This document shows, piece by piece, positions 51,971-64,000 of a stretch of 64,000 nt of DNA. The translations under genes and the position numbers were made by a program. Each line of letters opens with the position of its first letter. Position 1 is the first letter of the stretch. Below the pieces are notes generated by a model, which did no database searches, was not told the origin of the DNA, and was given only the letters and a program-made list of their open reading frames with translations. This DNA is from Trichoplax adhaerens (Eukaryota; Animalia; Placozoa), in NCBI RefSeq assembly GCF_000150275.1, contig NW_002060947.1, positions 8,278,043 through 8,342,042 on the forward strand. Reading direction: 5' to 3'.

Positions 51971-54634
51971 AGACTGTACTATGCTACTATCTGATCTACG
52001 CCTATTAAAAATATAAATAATGATAGAATCTGTCCCTATCTAAAATAAGAAAATGAATCATACCGTAAAATAGGATTGTAAGGATAAGTGTTATCATGAA
52101 GCGTTAAGAAAGCATGCCCAGATAGAACTGTTAATATCGATGTAGATTTGGCATAAATGTGTAAAAGAGAGAATTTGCCTGAATAGTTATTTATAGTTAA
52201 AGTTTACTGGTTAAATTTTTTAAAATTCGAAGCTACAATCAAATCACGATCGTGAATACGTTAGACAAGCTACAATTGCACTTACTAATTAGATTGGACA
52301 GTGACCATCAAAAGAAGCGGGCCATTTACTTCAAGATGGATGATGTATTCAATAAGTTGGATAATGGAAGCTATTTTTATTTCTATTAGCTAAAACCCGA
52401 TGGGCTTGAAATGAAACCAGCAGTCTTTGGCCTTATGTAACTGCTAAAATTAAATTGCGATTAATTTTACCATATGGTCCATATCACGTGAAATCATTCC
52501 TACCCTATGAAACACCAATATTTGTTTTTCGAATTGCAAATGCTCTACAATCTATAACGCTAGATGGACGTTAGCGTGAGACTGGAATGACATTGGAGTA
52601 ATTTTAGCCATTGTGGTTATTCCTCGTATTTTATTCATGTTGGCTCTTGAATAATATGAATAGGAAAAAATACGTGTAATAACTTATAGTTATGATTCTA
52701 ATTATCTCAATAACAGGAGAGCATGAAAGGATAAAATTAGGATTGCTATATCTTACTCTGATAGATACAGTAATTCCCTCTCAAAATAGAGAGTATATGA
52801 TACAATTAAAATTAGATTATAAATAGTTTTCCATAAATTGATGTAAGGCAAAGATTTATAGCGTACTAATTTTAGTCATTAAGAAAGATTTTTGGATTTA
52901 ATTAATGTTAAAAAACAAAACCGGCAGTGGCGTAGTGATTGCATTGCTTCAACAGCAGACCAATATGAGTTGAGAGGTGAAGAAATGCGTTAAAGTATTC
53001 CTTTTTTGATTAATAATTAATTTACGAGAACAGCGGAGTATTTAATGTTATTAATATTGATCGCTTATTGTTTATATTGACAAAGATTTATAGCATACTC
53101 AATTTTAGCCAAGACGGATGTTTCTGGTATTTATTCCATCTCGATCCTATATAACATTAATTTAGCAAAAATAAGCTAGCAATAATTTATAGTAATTTCA
53201 TTTAACTTGATAGTAGAAAGATAATAAAGAAGGCAAAGAAAAAGACATGATACCATATTTCTGATTGATAGATCAATAGGCTATTTAGTGTAATTAAATT
53301 GATCGATAACAGTGCAATCGAAATATGATTTACAATGGCTAATTTTAACCAATGTGGTGACTACTTGCTGTAATCAAGTAACTTTTAAACATTACCTAAT
53401 GATAATTTTCTATTTAACTTGATACAGCTTTAATATCTATCGTTATCCATCAGTACTTTTAGACGTTTAAAATGTTCTCCAAGACGATATTGAGGGAGAG
53501 AGTAAGAACGAGCAGAGAAAAGTAATAATCTGCATACCTTTTTAAATTACGCGTTCTACTCCACACTAGTTTACTATAAAGATATGAAGGCACTCTTTAT
53601 TCCGTAACTAGTATCAATTCAAATATTGTACTAGAGAAAATTTTAAAATTTATTAATTTCATATCGGTATGGGCTCAGGTCCATTGCATCAATACACATG
53701 CTTATATTGAATTATATGCCAATGTATTTTTGGATATCGGGTAGAATGCAAACACGATAGCTTTTAAACACCTTTACAATATACAGTACCAAGTGGAAGG
53801 ATCTATCATTGTCATACAGTTTTTAAAATTAACTTAGGATCAGTAGTATATAAAAGCCAAAATATTTGCAAAGCAGTCACCAGAAAATTAACATATTAAA
53901 CTTAGACAGATATCTAGTATTAAATGCCTCGTTGATATTTGAAATGGTAGGATAATAATCACGTTGAAATGACAGTAGACAAGATTATTAAAATTTGCTA
54001 CAAACAACCATTATAATATAACCATGCCATTTGGGTACAGTTGGCTATAAACTATGACAAGATATCTATACAGGTATTCCACATACAGAAATAGCAAAAA
54101 AACACAAACTTTTGGTACCATTATTGGTAATAGCATAGAACTATAAAACAACAAGCGTAATCATTTCAATTCTTAATTCAGTCTCAGCGATATTATGCAA
54201 ATAATGGAAAAAATTTATATAAAATAATGTCATCGATACGATATATCACATAGATATAATATATGTCTTTACTAAATGAATATAATACCATTTGTTAGTC
54301 TTCCACAGACTTTTCTACAGCAGGTCCAAAGAATAAGTTTACGAGTATAGTAGCGCATATACTTATTACTAATGCACGAGCAGAAGACATTGTAGGAGTT
54401 ATTAATCTTGCAATGAAAAACTAGTACAATTGACCATATGCGTACTATATGTTATTTAAATTATATCCCCAATGTAATTTATACTACCGCATCCATTCTG
54501 AAATATGTAGTCATTTATTGTATAAATGTCAATATATTATTTATGTTATGCTTTCCTGCATCTCTCTTTCGTAGACTTTATCCTTTTACCAAAAAATTTA
54601 CATTCGTTACTATTTCCAATATCATCAGTTGATT

Positions 54635-57600
54635 TTATGAAGATGATGCTTCAACAGCCTGCTCCAAAAAACAAGATAGAGAGATAAAACGATACCACGA
54701 GTTAGGCAGATATAGATCATCAGCGTTATTAATTCATCATGTAACAATTGAAATGTGACATCAAAGTGTTCATTTTAGGTTTTGTAATTGATGTCATACC
54801 TGCAGAGTGTTGGTAGTAATTCCTTCACTTGCTACTTCATTATCGGCACTTCCATTTACTACGTTATCCTCTGTAATTTTGATATTAGTCCAATTAAAGA
54901 TATGATTTAACCCCATTATTACTAAATGGCTATTCAATAAAGTATAATTTAAATCATGCAATAACTATAATCGGATATACTATTTGTACATTTTAGATGT
55001 TAAGTTGGTTGCTACTAGCAGTAGTAAGCTTACCTAGTGCAATAAGATCGATTTTTGAAACATCATTAAGATTGATGGTTTCGGAGATTAGCTGGCCGCT
55101 TTCACTTTTTACTTCTTCATCACTATTATTCACATCGTTGCTAATAGATTTCAATACAATCTGGTCCGATTGTTCATCATTTGAGTTTGTATCGACTTTG
55201 CTAATATCATTATCTATGTCTTTTTTGTCTTCCATGGATTCAGTTGATGCTGACTCCAACTGACCAATGTTGGCATTCGGATTACCATCTTCGATAGAAG
55301 CTAGTTCCGATATCTGATGATTACTTTCAGATTGTTTGTGATCGTGAGAATCATTGCTAACTTCTGTGATAACTTCAGGCTTGCTTTCACTCGAATTTAC
55401 ATTACTTGATGCATCGCTAATATCTTGATTAGGGCTAGCTGTTGTATTACTTGAATTTTGTTTATCACTTTCAGAAGCTACGTTTCAGAAGCTGGAGGAT
55501 TGCTACTATTTGTATCTTTGTCTTCATTTACCTTATTCGTAAGAAAGCAATGTATTTTGATGTTATGACGAGATTTAATCAATTCGAGGGTTCAAAATCG
55601 AATTGATTGCCTACAAAATCGTGAATTTACCTCTTCTTGACTAGTTGCTGGTACAATACTGGAGCGACGTGCTTTCTGCATTATCATTGCTACACGCTAT
55701 CGTATCAAGATACATTAGAGTTAATTCATTTTGGATATGATCCAAACTGGGAATAGTAAGCGTACAAGCAGTACTTGTACGCTTATAAACAATCGAATCC
55801 ATTCTACTTTACCTGCCGTCTTGCTTGTCTTTCTTCTTCACCTTGCTTTTTACGTAGTTCAGTTTCTTCACGTATTCGTTTCTTTTCCTCTTCTTCTTGC
55901 TTACGTTTCTCTTCTAGTTCTTGTTCCTCTTGTAATCGTTTCTTTTCTAATTCTTCCAATTCCTTTTGTTTTCTCTCTAATTCTTCTAATTCCTTTTGCT
56001 TTTCTTCTTCCTCTAATTCCTTGCGTTTTTCCTCTTCTTTTACAGTATTATTTTCATCATTGATGGTTATTACAGGTTGATTAGCATTTTCTACTTTATT
56101 CTCATTGTCAATAACAGTACTGCTATTATCGTTTTCTATAGCAAGTGTAGTAGTAGATTCTTGAAGTGAATCTTGGCGTTTTACTTCATTATTTACATCA
56201 TTGGAAACAATATTACCATTGTCTAAAACATCAAAAGTTGCAGTACTCTCAATGATCTCTATCGTAGTAGTGACTTGGTTGGTCGATTTAACATTATCAT
56301 CTTTGGTAGCATTGCTGTTGATATCATTTTTACTCGTATTACTCTCAGTCGTTTTTGTAGACGGTTGAGCAGGTGAGCTTAATTGGGTTGTATTTTCAGC
56401 GAAAGGATTTTTATAGACACCTTTACCTCTACCAGCTTTAATTCCTTTAGGCTTACTATCAGTTGATTCATTGGTTTCATCTTTAGATAGAGGAGTAGAT
56501 GAAGGAGTGGAAGGTTTTTCTTTTTTATCACCTTGTTTGCGTTTCGAATTGGTTGGTTGCCTAAACTGTGATGATAAACTTGTTGATGACGACGATTTTG
56601 GCGTTGTAGCGGTAGTTTTATTAGTAGGTGTTTTATTCGGTGCCGATTTCGGCTTTTGAGCGGGTGTCGATTTCTCTTTCGTAGCACTATTTGCGCTATT
56701 TTGTTGCTTGCTAGTAGTAGGAGTACTGGTAGTTTTCTTGCTCCCATTAGCTAGGTTATGTTGGGGCGTAGTCGAAGCAGTATCGCTACTTTTCTTATTA
56801 CCATTAAGCATATTATTTTGTTGCGAAGTAGGAGTAGTGATAGTATTGGTACGTTTTTTATGAACCTGCACTTCATTATTTTGTTGATTTTGCTCTTTTT
56901 TATGGGTTGATGCTGATTGAGATTGGCGTTTTGATTTATCGCTAGTTATTACTGCTGATTTTATAGGTTTACGATTTCGAGGTGATGCAGAACTTGGTCG
57001 AGTTTTAGTACTTTTCGATGTCGATTTTTCTACTTGACTTTCAGCTTTTGTTGTTGAATCTTTTTGACTACTCTGAGTGAAAGTGTTACTTGCTGCTGAA
57101 ATGGGGCGTTTAGGTGATGAAGATTGTCTCCATTGCTTTTTGGATCCTCTTGGGTTGATAGTTGAAGAAGCGGCTCGTGGTTTATATCCTGTTCGACGAG
57201 GTGAAGTAGAACTACTGGTTCGTGGGCGATAAGTTTCCCCTTTCGGTCTTGATTTACGTAGTGCTGGTGCAGACTGAACTCGTAACTTATTCTGCTTGGA
57301 GTTAGCATCGATTTTGCTATCTAATCGTTTGGGTGACTTACGCCCCGTGGATGGGCTAGTCGCAGGTTGGAAGCGAGTTAATTTTTGTCGCCTTTCACGC
57401 TTTTCAGCTTCGACTTGTTCTTTTCGTTGTTTCATTTTCCAATCTCTTTCAGCAAATCGTTCTTGTAGCAATCGTTTTCTTTCTTCTTCACGTTGTTGAT
57501 TCATTTGTCTAATATTTTCCGTTCGTATTCGTGATTTATTGCCCCCCGATGCAGCCATTTGTTGTCGTCGTTCTTTAATTTTTTCATCTCTTAACGCTAG

Positions 57601-59007
57601 TCTATCCTTTAATGATGTGGTACTTGAGCTAATTGATTGCTTACTCTTACGTAATTGTCTCATTCGTATGCGTTCTTTACGATTGCTTTCTAGTGTTAAC
57701 CGACGTTGGCGAACTTGTTCTTCTTTTTGTAAGAGCTTTTCTTTTAATGCTTTAATCCTTTCCTCTTCTTGTTTTTGGCGTATTTGTTTGACTTTTTCAC
57801 GTCTGGAATCAACTACAGCATTATTTTTTCGCCTTACCGGTGATGATTGTGGTCGTCGACCTTTGGCTGGACTACTAAGCGGCCTTTGCTGTTGACTTTC
57901 ATCGAGTTTTGGTGATATCGATGTCGTGCTACTACTGTTCAGATTTTGGTTGTTATCTTGCGATGGCTTACTCTGGTCATTTTCTTGTGTTGATGTATGG
58001 GGATGATGATCTTTTATTTCATTGGTAGGTGTCTTTCCACTTTCAGCATTGCTATCACCTTCATTACTTAATTTATCATTGGTTTGGTTCTTTTGTTCTT
58101 GATGATCGTGCTTTATTTGATTTACCAATAATGAATCATCATTTTGTATCATGTCTATCTTATCCTCCTTTTCTATATCATCCTCTATATAGTATAATCA
58201 AAAAATATGAAAAGCTTCAATTAAAACGACAAGGCATTGAATAACAGGGTTGGCACAACAGAGGTGATTGCCATCCAAGTTCTCATTCAAGCGATGAATC
58301 ATTTTGTCAGTAAATATGGCGCATCAGCTCCCCTCCCCAAAAGAGAGAGAGAGAAAAAAAACAATCTTTTCCAATCAAAACATTAAACAGTTAACCAGAT
58401 CAAATCTTGCATCTTACTCAATAGTCCACTGCCTTTTTTTCCATTCCTATTGTCTATTCAATAGTTGTACACATTACTTTATCTACTATGCTGTACAACA
58501 AGAAAAATGTTATTTTACTACAGTAGCTGTGGACGATAAGATCATTTTCCATGTTGAATTTCAACATGGGCTTAATTTGTGTTGACTAATGGACTAATAG
58601 GGGATTGAGAAAAGAGAGGCTATTTTGATGGTGTAGGATTTGTGTACAGTACAGTCTATGCTCTCCTATTGTAGCGTTGTAGTCCATTGCCGATACTAAA
58701 GAAAGTAGTTAGCCATAGCCAACGCTTCCTGTCTAGCCTTGACTTGTTTCAAACTAGATAAGATTGTTCATACAACACGACTAGGGAAGATATGGGAACA
58801 TGGTTGGAAAGTGATCCATCAACCTCACTGTATCGATATGACAACGAATGAATATCAATCATCATTCTATCATGGAGTTTGCATGGACTTTTATTACCTT
58901 ATACCAATGATGGATTACTCGTATCCCATTGAATGCTATCTAAAGTACTCACCTGATGGTGATAATGGAGTAGGCAACGCTTGATTTTCAACATTGCTCT
59001 CTGCCAT
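54635..59007 (-). CDS. MAP7/ensconsin-like microtubule-associated protein (~1028 aa if the 1-nt frameshift in exon 4 is an artefact)
   Basis: Exons 59007-58953 (MAESNVENQALPTPLSPS), 58184-55813, 55696-55631, 55531-55034, 54870-54800, 54658-54635. Architecture: basic E/R/K coiled coil, long S/T/P/K-rich linker, second E/K/R coiled coil ending EEERQARRQ/RVAMIMQKARRS (resembles the MAP7 motif EERxxRKKRxEEIMKRTR), then an acidic tail. The family call rests on that motif and the architecture. Confidence 0.7.
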
Positions 59008-59379
59008 ATTTGGCTTTCAACGAGCTTGACTGGCTTGCAGACCGAGACAATAGCGAAGAATAATAATAGGCCGCGGCGATGTTATTAACGTAATCCAATC
59101 ACCGTAATACACCAAAGCTAATGAAGATTGATCGAGCTTAGCGGGGAAGAAGATTCGATATGCGTTAACCAACTGTCTAATAAGGTACAAGCTTTCAAAT
59201 GCCTCTTGATGATCCACTCTGGCTCTTCATTGGGCATCGCATCGCGGATGCTTTGGCGTCCTTGGATAGCGTCTCGATTGTGAGCTTTTTTCCTAGATGG
59301 AATTTTTTTTATTGGACTGGCGTGTCGTGCCTCCTTTTCCATACCATACTCTACCATCCGCAGCGGTCTTACTCTGCAT

Positions 59380-60570
59380 TCTACTGTACTATGTACCGTG
59401 AGCAGGAGAGGAATGTGCTACGCCGCGGTCTGACTCATTCTCCATCCTCGACTACCATAGCACAGTATGCCATTTAGGGATGGTTAGCAACAGTATTTAT
59501 TCATCCTCCTCTCACCGACAGTGGGTCCGGTACGGTACTCTACGGCGGCAGACAGGGGTGGACGGTAGGGATTCATTCTTGGCCAATGGGTGTGCCGCGC
59601 TACGAGGTTCAGTCAAGTTGGTACAAACTCCTTGATAATGGTACGGTACCATTTGAATCTTGGGTCTGTTTGAGTGATTTGTGTCGCTGTCACGTACAGT
59701 ACAGTACTGTACAGTAGCAAGACACTGTTCAATGTCACCCGGACCCGTACAGTACGGTACGATAGAATATGACGGTGGCCCAAAAGGGCCAACTTTTTTG
59801 AACTGCGCAGAATCTGTACTGTACAGTACAAATCAGTTATGGAAAAAGAGTACTGTACAGTACAGTACAGAATGTGAGCCAGTTCTCTTTAGAGTGCTAT
59901 TAGGCAAAATAGATTGTAGTAAAGCTGCAAAATTTGCCTATAATTCTATACATACAGATAGATGAAGGAACGAACGATCTATCCATTTTTAAAACTATAA
60001 TTCAGTAAATATCCTCCTGATTTATACACTGTACTGTACAGTGTAGAGTTCTACAGTACATGCTGTACAGTACTGTACAAAGTGTTACAGGGCCAGGCAA
60101 CATTGCGCGAGAAGCTGAAGTGCGCAGCCGCTTTACGTTCCGTCCTATAGTTTGCTCGGCACCTGGCAACGCTTGTAAAAGACTTGTGCAGTACTGTACA
60201 CTGTACAGTATCAGTAATTTCAGTACTGTCATTTCAAGTAAAAATTTGAAAATTTCAGTATACTGTGCACAGTGCGTAGTACTTGAGGCACTCACGTGAC
60301 TCTATTACAGTACTGTACACAGTAACTTCAAAAATACTACTGTACAGTACTGTACTGTACGTACACTGTACTGTATCCAACTTCATCACATCAAAACTTG
60401 TGACTGGCAGTCTACAGTACTGTACTGTACAGACCAGTGCAGCATACTGTACATTGTACTAGTACAGTCATCGCCTAATGGACAGTACGGACAGTACGGA
60501 CTGGAACTCAACCGTACTCTTCTGTTTCAGTAACGACTCTACTAGCGATACACATCTGTACTGTACTGTG
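59380..60570. promoter_or_regulatory. Divergent (head-to-head) promoter region between the MAP7-like gene and SYF2, filled with palindromic TACTGTACAGTA arrays
   Basis: Start codons at 59007 (-) and 60619 (+). Many TACAG/CTGTA units, e.g. GTACTGTACAGTAC at ~59816. E-box TCACGTGA at 60292-60299; TGACTCA at 59431-59437. Confidence 0.65.
59872..59966. repeat. 95-bp dispersed element, copy 2
   Basis: About 94% identical to 27776-27870, same orientation, also directly after a TACAG array. Confidence 0.9.
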
Positions 60571-60618
60571 CCTCAAAAGTGAAAACTACCCTTGTTATAC
60601 AGAACGCTCTTCCGAATC

Positions 60619-62186
60619 ATGGCGTCCACATCAGCAACTTCTGAGGTTTGTGCCACGCTTTAGCCGTTCATTTTTTCATTCCTACTTCAATTGATGCCAT
60701 TGAAACGTCATCATACTTCTTCCATACACGAGCATGACTTGATAAGATTTTGTTTGGCTTATGTTGATTCGTAGGTTGCAGCGAGTAGCAGCCAAGGCGA
60801 AAATGCATCAGGCAATGATGCTGTAAACAAACGAACCGAAAGATTGAAAAGATTGGAAAAGTTATACCATAAGCGGGTAGGTTTCATTGACATACTCAGT
60901 AGCAAGGATAGGTACGTTGCTTGCATGGATAAACAAGTCAGTCTTCTTCTGACTTATTCTAAAAAGTGTCTGATATCGTTGAACAGAATGAAGCTCGTAA
61001 TCTAAATCATCTCCAAGTCGTAGAGGAAGACAAACGAAGTAAGCTACCGACCAATTACGAAGCCAAAAAAGCCAGAGTGGAATGGCAACTACAAGAGGAA
61101 ACAGCTCGCAAAGTAAGACTAGTAAAAATGAATTGCAATCGTTGGTCCAATATAGAGTGTGATAGTAGATGGCAAAATGACCCGTTCATTTTCACAATCT
61201 TGCAGGAAGCGGCGCAAAATGGTGAAGACTTTGAACAGCAGAAGAGACTACAGCAAAGTGCCGATGACCTGGAGAAAATTGAACGAAAGAGAAAGAAAAA
61301 AAATGCTGACCCAGGCTTTTCAGATTATAATGCTGCCCAGTTGCGTCAATATCAGCGTCTTATCAAGGAATTCAAACCAGACATGGGCCAGTATAATAGA
61401 TTGAAGGAGGAATTGTAAGAGCATTACCATATTAACCAACTACTAGAATGCGTAATCAAGTTTGGATAAGCAACTTTGCTCTTGAGTACTTTGCTGGTGT
61501 AAAAATAGTTCATTTCCTTTTATCTGCACTACAATGTAGATACAGCAGACAATACGATGCTGTTCAGCGTTTTATATTGGATTAAAAATGATGGCAGCCA
61601 TAGGCGCAATCATTCTTTCTTTCTACATGTTGTAGGATGATTGACTATAAATTGATTAGGAGATATAGAGAGAGTACAATGTTTTACATTATTTTCCTAA
61701 TAAATTTACAAATACCATGTTACAGAGATGAAGAACTGTATCCCGATGCTGATAGCTTAAGTTATGGTGGCCAAGGCAAAACATCTGAAGCGGCAATAGA
61801 TAGGATGGTAGCAGATTTAGATAAACAGTTGAGTAGTACCTGTTGTATACGTATATACTGTACAGCGTTGAAAGATCACTACAGTTTTGCCTTTTTTATC
61901 AGAATTGAAACCTAATAATAATAAATACTTTAGATAGGATAATATAACTACGTTGTATTAAAGGCTTGTACAGGGAAACAGTGGTTTTAATTGGCTGATC
62001 GACGTCTCTCTTTTATCTAGGATGCAAAAGAGAGCAAAGTTTAGTCGTCGCCGGCAACATTTTGATGAGAATGATGTGGACTACATTAATGAAAGAAATG
62101 CTGTGTTCAATAAGAAAATTGCTCGATTCTACAACAAATATACTGCTGAAATTAAGCAAAATCTTGAACGCGGTACTGCTATCTAA
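60619..62186 (+). CDS. SYF2: Pre-mRNA splicing factor SYF2, 243 aa, 6 exons
   Basis: Exons 60619-60645, 60775-60876, 60987-61112, 61206-61414, 61726-61827, 62021-62186 (732 nt). Motifs: [72 protein letters not shown]. Confidence 0.97.
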
Positions 62187-63309
62187 TGGGCAAATGCAAG
62201 ATGGATTTCGGCATATTTTGTTGACATTTTGATACGTAACCTGCTGTACGTTTACGTTACGCAGGGTTGCAATGTATTATAGTTATTTGTGTCATTATAA
62301 TTCGGCTCCATGGTGTCAATCATTGCGCAGTAGCTAGAGAAAATCTTCGACTTGATGGAAGCTGTTGATGATACTATTGGCTTTATCAGCCATACCTATA
62401 ACCAAGGTTCATGACACATTCGATTGATATGTACATGTTGTATGGAGATATTGCACATTTTGACAACAATGTTTGTATTATTATATTGAATGATCTTTGA
62501 AAACCATTTGCTATAGGACATTAATTGTAAGATATCTCGTATAAGGCTATTACCTTCATGTTTAGATTACATTAATAAACGTGTTGAGTTTCAATGGCAA
62601 TTATTTGGCTGAAAGAAGTTGTTCGTTTCGTCTGAATCCCCACTACTTTGGCATTAAGTGTGTTTTGAGAAATCCAGTAGAAAGTGTACAATATATTCGA
62701 TTAAGCCCTGCTCTATCCATTGACCTTTGGTTGATTAACTGATTTACCTATTCCCTGTTATCTTGTATACTATTTAACGTGCTTGTCGAATCAATACTAT
62801 TAGATATAGTTCTTTGTACACGACGGATGATTGAATTAAGACTTTATTTATGCATTGCAATTGAACCAGTGAGACATGGTGTACAACACAGAGCACACTA
62901 CAGTCTACAGCATCATTTCATTTGGGAATAAACTTGAGCGAAAGGCACTGAGTAGAGTAGTATAGAAATTCACAACATAATAGTGATGTAAAACTGGCCT
63001 TTTAAGCACAATATCAGCGACTGGCCAGAAAGGATTTTCATCCTTCAAGCTAAATACTCCTTCTGTCTTGTGATTATGGGATTGGGATTAAGAATTTCTG
63101 TGGTGATACAGTATTTGTATAGCGATTGCACCCATTTCGGGTTGAAAATCAACAATTTGGTGGGGTTTTATCGGTTTGACAACTGTCCAATGGTGTCCAT
63201 TATTTATCATGAGAGACCCTTAAATTAGTTAGTGTCCATTTAGTGATTGGACTATAAAGACAAAATGCCTGGACTGGACATTCCTTTGGATGGACAGACG
63301 TCTGGCCTA

Positions 63310-64000
63310 CTTACTGTACTGTAGGTCAATAAATTATGTCAAGCACTTTTTACTGTACAGTACTGTACAGTACAATACAGCAGAGTGTACAGTATAGTAC
63401 AGTACAGTACAGTAGTATGGCAGTATTTTACTATGCAGACAGTTGAGTTTGAATTGACTAATTTTTTCTAAATTAAGTAATATTACATTGTATTCCATTA
63501 GCTGTTACTAAGCTCTGCTTGGAAGCAGTAAATTTTAATCATGAATGTTATTCATATTGATACAAATGGTTTAGAGAACAGATATAGAAGATTCATACTG
63601 AGTACTGTATTGTACACTAGTGTACAGTAGTAATTTTTCGGTACAGTATGAAATGTCCGTTTTTTTGCGGAGAGTGTTCTGTCCAGCTGTCCAGATATTT
63701 TTCCAGGAGTCTATGATTAGTTTACACATGGACCGATGCAGTAACATACAAGTAAAGCAAACTGTACTGTACCAATTTGTAAGGAGACGTAACTCTGTAC
63801 CGGTCCGGTCCGGACAAGGCTATTTCTCCATGCTGGACTACTTTACCGCAGTGTATTGTACTGTACTGTACAGTATACTGTCCCCATTGTACAGTACAGT
63901 ACAGTACAGTTATAATAATTACTTCAGCTTGTTTTACCGGCAAGATCATATAGTACAGTACTGTACAGTACGCTACAGTACAGTACTGTCTATACTCAGT
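63310..64000. repeat. TACAG/TACTGTACAGTA array running to the window edge, possibly upstream of a gene beyond the window
   Basis: Examples: TACTGTACAGTACTGTACAGTAC at 63351, (AGTAC)n near 63396-63412 and 63890-63910, and TACTGTACAGTAC at ~63959. Confidence 0.8.

Noticed and set aside
55731-57895. Plus-strand ORFs rich in S/F/L (55731, 55775, 56471, 57296, 57539)
   Set aside because: Antisense shadows of the E/K/R-rich exon of the MAP7-like gene.
59613-60299. ORFs rich in TVQY/CTVL (also 63722-63949)
   Set aside because: Translation of TACAG arrays; no splice or domain support.

Overview
AT-rich, intron-containing animal genomic DNA. The many ~90-300 nt GT-AG introns, the compact gene spacing and the gene content suggest a compact invertebrate genome, probably a placozoan (Trichoplax/Hoilungia-like); this is inference only. 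I traced the exons of six genes by hand: two tandem MGST3-type (MAPEG) paralogues (+, 2298-4660 and 28574-31367); a 23-exon secreted mosaic protein with a signal peptide, 4 uromodulin/GP2-type D8C domains, 12 EGF modules and a divergent fibrinogen-related C-terminal domain (+, 7365-17439); a 23-exon ANK-LRR-ROC-COR-kinase-WD40 Roco/LRRK1-like gene (-, 48935-32829); a MAP7/ensconsin-like gene carrying a 1-nt frameshift (-, 59007-54635); and SYF2 (+, 60619-62186). Between the two MGST3 copies lie the mosaic gene, a decayed intron-containing Helitron with a recognisable 3' hairpin-CTAG end (~19729-24337) and a decayed third MGST3 remnant. Non-coding structure includes a higher-order tandem repeat at the window start, palindromic TACTGTACAGTA arrays upstream of genes, and a 95-bp hairpin element present in two of those upstream regions. 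The strongest candidates for something undescribed are the D8C-EGF-FReD secreted protein and the promoter-associated TACAG-array/95-bp element system.
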